Below, piece after piece: positions 1-10,441 of a stretch of 64,000 nt of DNA. The notes beneath the pieces are model-generated. The model did no database searches. It was not told where the DNA came from and worked only from the letters and a program-made list of their open reading frames with translations. Each line of letters begins with the position of its first letter. Position 1 is the first letter of the stretch. The DNA is from Eledone cirrhosa (lineage: Eukaryota), in the NCBI GenBank assembly GCA_964016885.1, contig CAXHJY010001606.1, positions 1 to 64,000 on the forward strand, read 5' to 3'. The translations under genes were made by a program, and so were the position numbers.

Positions 1-632
1 GTAGAACTTGTGGTAGTGGTGTTAGTATTAGTGATGGTAGTAGTAGTAGTAGTAACAACAACTAATTAAAATGGAATTTGTGTTTGGTGAGGAAAGGGAA
101 TGAATATGCTTGCATTAACCATTCACATTTAGATGGAAGAACCACTGATGGAAAACTAAATTATTTGATTTCCTGATTGATTGTATGAAAAATGGGCTGC
201 GATGGAAAGGTGGTGTGGTGAGGTTGGGTGAAGGAAATAATGCTACTAAAGTTGATAGGAAGCAGGTGGTGGAGAGATAGAAGAAAGAGGTGGTGGTATA
301 GGAGGAGTAGGAGTGGCAGCGATGCTTCTGATGATTAATTCGTAAATTCTTACTAAGAATGGTTATATTTTCTTTTAATATATTTTTTATTTAATTTTTT
401 TTCAGTGTCTCATTTGGCTGGTGTTTATGATTGTTGTTCTGGTTATTGTGGTTGTTGTTGTTGCTCTTACTGTTGTTGTTGCTAATGTGGTTGTAGTTTG
501 GACATAATAAATAAAATTATTCAAAATAAATGAATAAAAAAATAAGAGGGAAAATGGACAAGCATGTTGATATCAGCAATGTTCGATCGACTGCATCATA
601 TCAACTCTCTACTCCAAACAAAAATAAATAAT

Positions 633-820
633 TGTTTCTACTTTTGGCACAAGGCCAGCAAATTACCCAGTGCATTACTGGTACTTTATTTTATCGACCC
701 CATAAGGATGAAAGGCAAAGTTAACCTCGGAGGGATTTGAACTCAGATTGGAAAGGGCTGTAACTCTATGCATCAAAGCATGGCGTCCGACCCTCTACCG
801 ATACTGCCAATCCACCACCC
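633..820 (-). mobile_element. tRNA-derived SINE (family S1), full length
   Basis: The minus strand has A-box-like TGGCAGTATCGG, B-box GAGTTCAAATCC and the central motif GCCTTTCATCCTTATGGGGTCGATAAAATAAAGTACCAG. It is flanked by the TSD CCAAACAAAAATAAATAAT (614-632 and 819-837). Many other copies occur in the window. Confidence 0.85.
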
Positions 821-890
821 AAACAAAAATAAATAATAAGAGAAAGAGAGAGAGATAGACATTATATTCATATATACATATATATATATA

Positions 891-1763
891 CAGGGTGCAG
901 ATGATATTTGTTCGCAAGATTACTGTCTAGGAAAAGATAACACAGTAGTTTTATTTTTTAAGATTTATTTATCAAACTTGGTTCAGTTTGTCTTCATGAC
1001 TTGTTCTTTCGATCTCACTCAATAAACCCACAATTGGCTTTGATGATGGCCTCGGAACCGGCTACAGGCCTTCGTCACTGTCCCCCGACTTAGGCCCCTA
1101 AAGGCACTTGTGATCCTGGCCTTCAGATCGTCTTCCGTATTGCAGCTAGATCTGTTGGTGTCTCGTTCCACTGCACCCCACACAAAGAAGTTGAGGGGGT
1201 TGCAGTCAGGCAAGCTTGGAGGTCAGGTGAAGTGTGGTCGACGAAGTTCTATGACAGCCAGACTTGGGTCTTTCGGCTGGCATGGCAGGGCACTGAGTCT
1301 TGCTTCCACACGTACGGCCTACCTGCAGCTACCTGGTCGATCCAGGGCTTTACTACCTCGCTCAGAACGTGGATGTAGCCATCGTTGTTCAGCTTGAGGC
1401 CCTCAGGGAAGAAGTGAGGTGGCATGACGTCACCTTGACTGCTGACGACACCTAAGACCAATGTTGTCACTGGAAACTTTGTCTGCATGACTCTGGGCAC
1501 ATCTTTGGATGAGACAGCGAGTCACCTATTGTTCTGGGAATTGGTCTTCTGGTCTTATTTGTGCTCCCAGCATGAATTCCAAGAAGAACTCCGTGTCTCT
1601 TCCACGAATTTGGAGATTCAAAATTATTCATAATCAATTATTCTGAGAATAAATAATGGAAATATAGTCACTGTTTTTATGAAGACAAGAGTCACAGCGG
1701 AAGTTAAAAAATTTGCATAAAATTAGCAGTTGAAAGTTGCGTACAAATATCGTCCGCACCCTG
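891..1763 (-). mobile_element. Internally deleted DD37D (maT-type) Tc1/mariner transposon
   Basis: TIRs of ~27 bp (CAGGGTGC[A/G]GA[T/C]GATATTTGT[T/A]CGCAA) with TA flanks. Transposase fragments at 1249-1500 and 1019-1213 match the copy at 61301-62591, with a ~400-bp deletion at ~1555. Confidence 0.9.
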
Positions 1764-2062
1764 TATATATCATCATCATCGATTAACGTCCATCTTCCAC
1801 GCTAGCATGGGTTAAACAGGTCCCATTCTGAGGCAAGTTGTGTCGGATGACTGTGTCTCGCTGATACAAACATACATATATATATATTTATATATACACA
1901 TACATATATACATATTCATATATACACACATACATATGTATATACATACATATATATATATATGTGTGTGTTTATATATATATACGTATATATATATATA
2001 TTTATTTATATATATACGTATATATATATTTATTTATATATATATATATATATTTATTTATA

Positions 2063-2294
2063 TTTATATATGCTTTGGACGATCGACTTTCGTCATATCG
2101 GACCGAGGAAACAATGTTTCCGTTGGTCTTTCCAATTGCTAATACTATCTATCGCTCGCAACTCCAGGTAGAAGGAGTAATGTGAAATAAAGTGTCTTGC
2201 TCAAGGACATAACGCATTGCCCTGTCCAGGAATCGTACTCACAACCTTACGATTGCGAATCCAATTCGCTAACGACTCAGCCACACACCTTCAC
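2063..2294 (-). mobile_element. tRNA-derived CORE-type SINE
   Basis: The minus strand has a tRNA-like head (GTGGCTGAGTCGTTAGC...GAGTACGATTCC) followed by CORE-like TGTCCTTGAGCAAGACACTT. Confidence 0.7.
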
Positions 2295-2714
2295 TTTTTT
2301 ATATATATATATACGTATATATATATATATATTTATTTATATATACGTATATCATCATCATCATCATCGGATGTTAAACGATGATGATGATGATGATATA
2401 CGTATATATATTTATTTATTTATATATATATACGTATATATATATATATATTTGGCGATGAATTAGTTTTGCGAGGTTTTTTATATGAAATCGTGTGTCG
2501 AAACAAATATTGTTATACTTGGGGAGGGTCATATTTGTGTAATATTGCCAGAATTAATAACAGAACACACTCACTGTTTGGTTGGTTTTCGCTTCTCGCT
2601 TCTGTGTCTTTTATATCGGTAATGTAATTTATTCGGTCCTCAATGTTGCCATTGACTGACCAACGGTCAAAAATAATACAGATACAATATAGACACAAAC
2701 ATATATATATAGTT

Positions 2715-2758
2715 TATCAAAGTTCTTTCGTTGCACATCTGCAACATCGTCAGTGGTG
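2715..2758 (-). ncRNA. Minimal hammerhead ribozyme motif in the Penelope pseudo-LTR
   Basis: Minus strand: CACCA-CTGACGA-T-GTTGCA-GATG-TGCAAC-GAAA-GAACTT-TGATA. Stem II is 6 bp; stem I is partly degenerate. Confidence 0.65.
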
Positions 2759-3018
2759 CTATTGTTTCCTACCGTTGAATTGTATTTTCTACACCATCTT
2801 TATTTAGTCTGTTTATATATTTATTTATTTGTTTATTTTATTTTGTCTTCTTTGCGCATGCGTTTGCGTGTGTGTATAGTGTTTCGTTTGATGTGCGTTC
2901 GTGATTGGGTGACTGTGTATTGGTTAATGTATTCTATCTTTACTAGTGTGTGTTTATATGTGTTTGTTGTTATTGTGCTTGTGTATGTATTTATTTATTT
3001 ATTTATCTATTTATTTAT

Positions 3019-3940
3019 TTATACTTCTCTTAGGTCAGTGTTGTTTGTTTGGGTGTTGTTGTTATTCCATTCATTCTTTCTGTTTAGCCTTGGCCTTCTA
3101 AGTTCTATTTCACTGGCCTCTCTGATTTGCCTATCTGCTGGGTCATTTCTATGTTTAGATATTATTCTAATTTCTATGTTACCGTTGTGTTGTTGTCTGG
3201 CATGTTCGTATAGTACTGAACCGTTTTTTCGTCCTTTTAATTCCCCCCAGTGTTGGTCTATCCTTTCACCTATGCTACGAGCTGTCTTGCCAATGTATGT
3301 TGTTGTCATGTTTCTGCAAGTACCCTCTGTACATCTTATGCTATAGACTACGTTTCTAGTTTTACAGTTTATCCGGGGGTTTACCTTACATATGATACAT
3401 TTCCTATTAGTACAGTGGGTTTTCTTAAAAGGGTAGGTTTTGCTGATCAGGGATTTTATGGTGGTTCCTGGCTTTTCTACCACCTTAATCTTTAAGTGGG
3501 TCTTTCTCAGGGCCTTTCTATACTGGTTAGCTAATTTCCCTCCAGGGGTAGCGTCCACAAACATGACACTCTGGTATCTCTGGTTGTCGTACCATGAGGT
3601 GGCTTTCCCTATCTTATGTCTAGCCCTATCTAAGCTATTCCATGATTTGCTCCTGTATAATGGGCAAATTCCCTTCCTGTCCATTTCTATGAGGGTCTTA
3701 TAATTTTCCATGGCTCCTTCGTATACTCTGACTCTGTCTCATTGGTTGTAGCCAGAGAACTGCATGCGGTTGATGAAGTGTTGGATGTGTCTTTCCATTT
3801 CTGTTGGGTCGCACATGCGGGACACATTGTTCATCACTCGTACCAAATCTGCGATCAGAATATTAAACTTAGCACAACTGGACATTGCTGAGTTTTTGAG
3901 TATCAGGTATTTGGAGGCCATGGGTTTAGCATAGTGTGAG
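3019..3940 (-). pseudogene. Penelope-like RT C-terminus + Cys-rich linker + GIY-YIG endonuclease, one in-frame TGA
   Basis: ORFs 3739-3921 and 3019-3711 are in the same frame, separated by TGA (FSGYNQ*DRVRVYEGAMENY). Motifs: CTNRKCIIC linker, NVVYSIRC...YIGKT, RIDQH, LYEH, RQIREA...LN. Confidence 0.85.
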
Positions 3941-4142
3941 TATATATTTATATATATATTTATATATATATTTATATATTTATATTTATATTTATATATT
4001 TATATTTATATATTTATATATATATATTTATATATATATATTTATATATATATATTTATATATATATATTTATATATATATTTATATATATATTTATATA
4101 TATATTTATATATATATTTATATATATATATATATTTATATA

Positions 4143-4612
4143 TATTGTTATACTTTGGGAGGGTCATGTTGCCAATAAGAAACACACGCACCAGTTGCTT
4201 TCACTTCAATTTATTATAATAAATTTATAAATTTATAAATTTCTGGTTGGTTGGTTGGTTCCACAACAAGATATTTGTTTATATATTGTCAAAGTTCTTT
4301 CGTTACACATTCTGTGACCTCATCAGTGACTGGGGATTCTTTTCTTTGTTTTTGTGCCTCTCCTTTGTCCTGTCCTATGCCATTTTGTTTCTCTCTGTGT
4401 GTCGTGTGCTCAGTCTGCGCATGCGCCATATCCGGGTGTCTGTGTGTGTTTATATTTGTTTATTTACATGTTACCGGTTGGTTGTTTGTTCTATGTGTGT
4501 GTTTTCATTTTGTCCTTAATTGTAAGTTGTGATGTTGCTGTTCCGCTCATATTTTCTATTTAATTTTGGTTGTAATTCTTTTATGTTTATTGCCTCTGTG
4601 AAGAAACGAAAT
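4143..4612 (-). mobile_element. Solo Penelope-like pseudo-LTR (diverged relative of 2453-3018)
   Basis: It shares TATTGTTATACTT.GGGAGGGTCAT and the HHR block with the 2453-3018 pLTR, and is flanked by (TA)-rich repeats. Confidence 0.65.
4288..4330 (-). ncRNA. Minimal hammerhead ribozyme motif
   Basis: Minus strand: GTCA-CTGATGA-GGTCACAGAATGTGTAAC-GAAA-GAACTT-TGAC. Stem I is GTCA/TGAC. Confidence 0.7.
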
Positions 4613-4869
4613 ATTTATATATATATATTTATATATTTATATATATATTTATATATATATTTATATATATATTTATATATATATTTATATATATATTTAT
4701 ATATATATTTATATATATATTTATATATATATTTATATATATATTTATATATATATTTATATATATATTTATATATATATTTATATATATATTTATATAT
4801 ATATTTATATATATATTTATATATATATTTATATATATATTTATATATATATTTATATATATATTTATA

Positions 4870-4900
<31 letters not shown>

Positions 4901-5625
4901 TTATATATATATTTATATATTTATATTTATATATATATATTTATATATATATATTTATATATATATATTTATATATATATATAAATATATATATATTTAT
5001 ATATATATATTTATATATATTTATATATATATATTTATATATATATATTTATATATATTTATTTATTTATATATATTTATATATATTTATTTATATTTAT
5101 ATATATTTATTTATATATATTTATTTATATATATTTATTTATATATATTTATTTATATATATTTATTTATATATATTTATTTATATATATTTATTTATAT
5201 ATATTTATTTATATATATTTATTTATATATATTTATTTATTTATATATATTTATTTATATATATTTATATTTATATATATATTTATATATATATTTATAT
5301 ATATATTTATATATATTTATATATATATATATTTATATATATATTTATATATATATATATTTATATATATATTTATATATATATTTATATATATATATAT
5401 TTATATATATATTTATATATATATATATTTATATATATATTTATATATATATATATTTTTATATATATTTTTATATATATATTTATATATATATATATTT
5501 TTATATATATATTTATATATATATTTATATATATATATATTTTTATATATATATTTATATATTTATTTATATATATATTTATTTATATATTTTTATATAT
5601 ATAATTATATATATATATATTTATA
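4613..5625. repeat. Compound (TA)n / (TTTATATATATA)n satellite
   Basis: About 1 kb of A/T only, with a regular 12-bp period over ~4640-4870. Confidence 0.95.
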
Positions 5626-5906
5626 TATTAAGATAAGCAGAATAAGTAAAATTCAACCCATTTATCAAAATAAATTTTAAAATATAATATAAATATTTAC
5701 CTCTTCTAATGGCCCTTACTGATCAGTTTAGTTTTGTAAAACCCCAGAATCCAATGGATATCTGATGGAAAACCAAAGCTCATCAGAGAAGCATTTTCCT
5801 TTCCTATGGCTAAACGACCCAGGAACGATAAAATATATGACCTCCTGCCAGCTAATACAGGTCTGAAAGGTCGTAAAAGTGACCCGTATGTAAACCGGAC
5901 CGAAGT

Positions 5907-8420
5907 CATCATCATCATCATCATCAACGTTTAACGTCCGTGTTCCACGCTTGCATGGGTTTGGACGGGGGTAGTCCCACTTGAGGCAAGAGTGATTGTC
6001 TTGCTCGCATAGGACTGTCTGGCAGGTTTTCTACAGTTGGATGCCCTTCCTAACACCAACCACATTTACAGTGTGGGTCTGGGAGGTTTTTACCGTGTTG
6101 CCTACACGGCCACATTACAGCGTGGACTGTGTGTTTTTTTGTCGTGACACCTACACGATCTCATTTGTTTCGGCCTCGAAGGCGCGGCACCAACATAACT
6201 TTACATAGAACGGGGTGGTGTGGATCGGGTGGGGGTGGGGGTGGTGGGACGGGGTGTATTTTGTTAGAGATGCCTACTGGCTGGAGTAGGTTTTACTATA
6301 TATTTAGGTAAGGCGGGTCTTCTCTGTTACTGAGTACCGCCAAAGGTCTCGGTCCAGTGACATTGTCTTGGAGAGGTGTAAGTGTGTGATGTCGGAGTTT
6401 ATCAGCTCGTCCCAGGTTTTTCTAGGTCTGCCTATTCCGTGACTACCGTCTATCTTTATTGCCCTGCACTTTGTTATACAGCTATCGACTTTCATACGCA
6501 TCACGTGTCCATACCAACGTAGCCTTCTCTCGAGTAAACAACATCTGATCCCTCTTATCTCTAATTTTTTCCTTAGTTCGTTTATGCTTTGCCGTTCACG
6601 TATATTACTGTTACACATCCAGCGGAGCATGCAAGCTTCGTTCCTCTCTAGTCTGCGTATATCCTCTGCACACAATGCCCAGGTCTCACTGCCATGCAGC
6701 ATTGCTGTTCGTATGCAGGCATCGTACAACCTGCCTTTCATTTTTAGTGAGAACCCTTTAGCAGCTAATAGTGGTATAAGCTCTCTGAACTTTTTCCAAC
6801 CAGTTCTGACTCTAGCTACAGTACTTTCAGAGCACCCTCCCCCACTGCTGATTTTATCGCCCAGGTAACGGAAGCTGTCCACTATTTCTATAGAACCCTC
6901 TGCGCAATTGAAAGAGCTAGTAGTTTGTGGGCACTTGCTGCTACTTATTGCACCAGAGCACCGGCCACATGTAAAATCTATGTTCTTAGTTAGCTTACCT
7001 GTGATCCCACTACATCTTTTATGCACCCATACTTTGCATTTAGGACATAAAATGGAGTTTCTACCTACGCCTTTCCTACACACCGAGCACGACCATTTCC
7101 CAGAAGGGACCGCCGCCTTGTTTTCTTTCCTACAAACTAGTACTTTGGTCTTAGCCAGGTTAATTTTAAGTCCTTTTGACTCTAGGCCGTGCTTCCATGT
7201 TTGGAATTTCTTCTCTAGCTCGGCCATTGATTCCGCTATGAGTGTCAGGTCGTCTGCGTATAGGAGTTCCCATGGGCAGCCTGTCTTGAACTCCTCTGTT
7301 ATAGCCTGAAGGGCAATAATAAATAGTAGTGGACTGAGAACAGAGCCCTGATGGACGCCAACTTTTACGCTAAACTCTTCACTATATTCGTTGTTAATTC
7401 TAACCTTGCTGACTGTTTCTTTATACATGGCTTGTATAGCCCTCACAAGCCATTCGTCAACGCCTAGTTTTCTAAGAGCCCACCAGATAATGGAGCGGGG
7501 GACTCTGTCGAAGGCTTTCTCCAAGTCGACAAAAGCTAAGTAGAGGGGTTTACCTTTAGCTAGGTACTTCTCCTGTAGTTGTCGTACTATGAAAAGAGCG
7601 TCTGTGGTACTTTTGCCTGACACAAACCCGAACTGCATTTCATCTAGGTCAATTCTCTCTCTGATTAGTTGCGCTATTACTCTTTCCGTGACCTTCATGA
7701 CCTGGTCGATTAATTTAATGCCTCTATAGTTACTCCTATCTAGGGCGTCTCCTTTACCCTTATAACAATTAACGATGATGCTGCTATGCCAGTCCTTCGG
7801 AACAACCCCATTCTGTACGACTTGGTTAACTATGCGGGTGACCATGGTGTGTCCCACCGTGCCAGATGCCTTCAGCATCTCAGCAACTATTTCCGAAGGC
7901 CCAGCCGCCTTACCAGTCTTCATATCCTTGATTGCCTTACTTATTATACTCCCCTCGACTAACACTGCTGGTCCCTCTATTGGGTCGATATGGGGGAGAC
8001 TGCCTTTCTCCCAATTATTCTCCTCATTTAGAAGCCTTTCATAGTGACACTTCCAAGCTACCTTCTTATCAGCGTCGGTGATGGCAAGTGTGCCATCGTC
8101 GTTTAGTACACACTTCTCCCCGACAATATCACGGTTTTCCTTGACGCATTGCCTAGCAATCCTGAACACCTCACGTTTTTGGTCATCGCGTTGTAGAACA
8201 TGCTTGAACTTTCTTTCCTCAGCTTCCCTTCTTGCTAAGTACACTTGTCTCCTAGCTTCCCTCCTGGCCACTTGATAGTCCTCTCTACTTCCCCCATCCC
8301 GCCATACTTTCCAAGCCTGCTTTTTGGCCTTAATTGACCCCTCCACCTTACTGTTCCACCACCATGTTACTCTCCTCCTGCCTACAGGCCTGCTCCAGCC
8401 ACAGACTTCGTCTGTCGCCA
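5907..8420 (-). mobile_element. RTE-clade LINE, 5'-truncated (subfamily 1)
   Basis: RT ORF, 3' UTR and (GAT)n tail. The APE endonuclease domain is absent through truncation. Confidence 0.92.
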
Positions 8421-8436
8421 AAAAGCGGGAAACCAC
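6304..8436 (-). CDS. RTE LINE reverse transcriptase (partial, uninterrupted) with an embedded PHD-like finger
   Basis: Motifs KAAGPS, NYRGIKL, AFVDLEKAFDRV, GVHQGSVLSP, LLYADD, FRYLG, RLRWYGHVMR, GRPRKTW. The first ~6 codons come from flanking DNA. Confidence 0.9.
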   Translation of the reverse strand: MVSRFLATDEVCGWSRPVGRRRVTWWWNSKVEGSIKAKKQAWKVWRDGGSREDYQVARREARRQVYLARREAEERKFKHVLQRDDQKREVFRIARQCVKENRDIVGEKCVLNDDGTLAITDADKKVAWKCHYERLLNEENNWEKGSLPHIDPIEGPAVLVEGSIISKAIKDMKTGKAAGPSEIVAEMLKASGTVGHTMVTRIVNQVVQNGVVPKDWHSSIIVNCYKGKGDALDRSNYRGIKLIDQVMKVTERVIAQLIRERIDLDEMQFGFVSGKSTTDALFIVRQLQEKYLAKGKPLYLAFVDLEKAFDRVPRSIIWWALRKLGVDEWLVRAIQAMYKETVSKVRINNEYSEEFSVKVGVHQGSVLSPLLFIIALQAITEEFKTGCPWELLYADDLTLIAESMAELEKKFQTWKHGLESKGLKINLAKTKVLVCRKENKAAVPSGKWSCSVCRKGVGRNSILCPKCKVWVHKRCSGITGKLTKNIDFTCGRCSGAISSSKCPQTTSSFNCAEGSIEIVDSFRYLGDKISSGGGCSESTVARVRTGWKKFRELIPLLAAKGFSLKMKGRLYDACIRTAMLHGSETWALCAEDIRRLERNEACMLRWMCNSNIRERQSINELRKKLEIRGIRCCLLERRLRWYGHVMRMKVDSCITKCRAIKIDGSHGIGRPRKTWDELINSDITHLHLSKTMSLDRDLWRYSVTEKTRLT

Positions 8437-8891
8437 AGACTTGCTGTATATAATTACTACTAAAAAAAATAGCAGCTAAATAGAACAACAGATTTGTTCT
8501 CTACATAACGGAGAATAATAAATGAAGTTAATATGTCCAAATATACTAAGTACCCCTAGAAATACATAGGTTGTCTATGATTCAAGGTTGTTCAATGGTA
8601 TTAATTTGATATACCAGAACTTTAATATTAAGAGAAGCAGAACAAGTAAAATTCAACCAATTTTTCAAAATAAATTAAAAAATATAATATAAATATTTAC
8701 CTCTTCTAATGGCCCTTACTGATCAGTTTCGCTTTGTAAAACCCCAGAATCCAATGGATATCTGATGGAAAACCAAAGCTCATATATATAAATATTTATA
8801 TATATATATTTATATATATATGTTTATATATATATTTATTTATATATATTTATTTATATATATTTATATATATATATTTATATATATATTC

Positions 8892-9069
8892 CATATCATT
8901 CCACTGCAAATTGGTCATGAAGGTGCCATGGCAAAAAAGCACCCAGCACTCACTGTAAATGAGGTAGGTGTTAGGAAGGGCATCCAGCTGTAGAAATCAA
9001 GCCGGAATCAGTTCCCGTCCCACATTTGCAAGCATGGAAAAAGCAGACGTAAAATGAAATGATGATGAT
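8892..9069 (+). mobile_element. 5'-truncated copy of the CORE/RTE-tail SINE (see 44704-45042)
   Basis: It matches the 3' half of the 44704-45042 element and ends in (GAT)n. Confidence 0.7.
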
Positions 9070-9119
9070 ATATATTTATTTATATATATATTTATATATA
9101 TATTTATATATATTTATAT

Positions 9120-9315
9120 ACAATATATTAACAAATGGAAACTATATTTATAAAAGCATATTTATTTCATTATACATATTTCAAGCAAAATATGCTTTTA
9201 TAAATATAGTTTCCATTTCCATTTCATCAGATAAAATATAATATAGGTTAGTTTTATAAATAAATATTGACATACCCTTAAAAAATGCAACCATTCTGGT
9301 TGGAATCTCCTGGGT
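9120..9315 (-). mobile_element. HHR-bearing short element (family A) with internal inversion
   Basis: Reverse-complement homologue of 17750-17940. An inverted repeat at 9133-9218 replaces HHR stem II. Confidence 0.6.
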
Positions 9316-9672
9316 ATATATTTATGTATATATATTTATTAAAATAACAGATTAAAGTCTAAGGAAAGAATCGCTATATTTGCTCTACGGTTCTTATATA
9401 TTTGATATATATTTATCCTTATCGAGCCCTCTTTGGATTTTAGTCTTAAAATTTATTATTTTTACTATATATATATATATTTATAAGAAAGGAAATGTGG
9501 TAAGGAACCAGATGGACCATAATGCACCAGAGTCCTGAAATAGCCGTCAAGGTTATACTTTTTCCTATATTTATATATATATATATTTATTTATATATAT
9601 ATATATACGTATATATATACGTATATATATATATATATATATATATATACGTATATATATATATATATATAC

Positions 9673-9718
<46 letters not shown>

Positions 9719-9750
9719 GTATATATATACGTATATATATATATAAATAA

Positions 9751-10403
9751 ATCATCATCATCATCATCATCATCAACGTTTAACGTCCGTGTTCCACGCT
9801 TGCATGGGTTTGGACGGGGGTTTTCCCGCTTGAGGCAAGAGTGATTGTCTTGCTCGCATAGGACTGTCTGGCAGGTTTTCTACAGTTGGATGCCCTTCCT
9901 AACACCAACCACATTTACAGTGTGGGTCTGGGAGGTTTTTACCGTGTTGCCTACACGGCCACATTACAGCGTGGACTGTGTGTTTTTTTGTCGTGACACC
10001 TACACGATCTCATTTTGTTTCGGCCTGGATGGTGTGGCACCAACATAACTTTACATAGAAGGGGGCGGTGTGGATGGGGTGGGGGTGGTGGGACGGGGGT
10101 GTATTTTGTTAGAGATGCCTACTGACTGTAGTAGATTTTACTTTGTATTTAGGTAAGGCGGGTCTTCTCTATTACTGAGTACCGCCAAAGGTCTCGGTCC
10201 AGTGACATTGTCTTGGTGAGGTGTAAGTGTGTGAGGTCGGAGTTTATAAGCTCGTCCCAGGTTTTTCTAGGTCTGCCTATTCCGTGGCTACCGTCTATCT
10301 TTATTGCCCTGCACTTTGTTATACAGCTACCGTCCTTCATGCGCATCACGTGACCATACCAACGTAGCCTTCTCTCTAGTAAACAACATCTGATCCCTCT
10401 TAT
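9751..10403 (-). mobile_element. RTE LINE 3' fragment (subfamily 1)
   Basis: C-terminal ORF 10149-10349, 3' UTR and (GAT)n tail, inserted in (TA)n. Confidence 0.9.
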
Positions 10404-10441
10404 ATATATATATATACGTATATATATATATATACGTATAT

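Larger units (their letters stand above)
2453..3940 (-). mobile_element. 5'-truncated Penelope-like retroelement (C-terminal GIY-YIG) with 3' pseudo-LTR
   Basis: An RT-thumb-like region plus GIY-YIG ORF is followed by a non-coding 3' region carrying an HHR motif. Both ends abut (TA)n. Confidence 0.85.
5625..8783 (-). mobile_element. Non-coding HHR-bearing element with ~160-bp direct terminal repeats, interrupted by an RTE LINE
   Basis: 5625-5783 and 8625-8783 are near-identical and each contains an HHR-like block. The outer flanks are (TA)n and an RTE occupies 5907-8420. Confidence 0.7.

Noticed and set aside
3739-3741. In-frame TGA in the Penelope ORF as possible selenocysteine (known for some Naiad PLEs)
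   Set aside because: It is not in a Cys motif, CGA>TGA decay is simpler, and this element has a C-terminal endonuclease, unlike Naiads. No SECIS was recognised.
5625-8783. The 160-bp direct repeats as the RTE's target-site duplication or as LTRs of an LTR retrotransposon
   Set aside because: The repeats do not abut the RTE (120-200 bp away), there are no TG...CA ends, PBS or PPT, and they contain an HHR motif instead.
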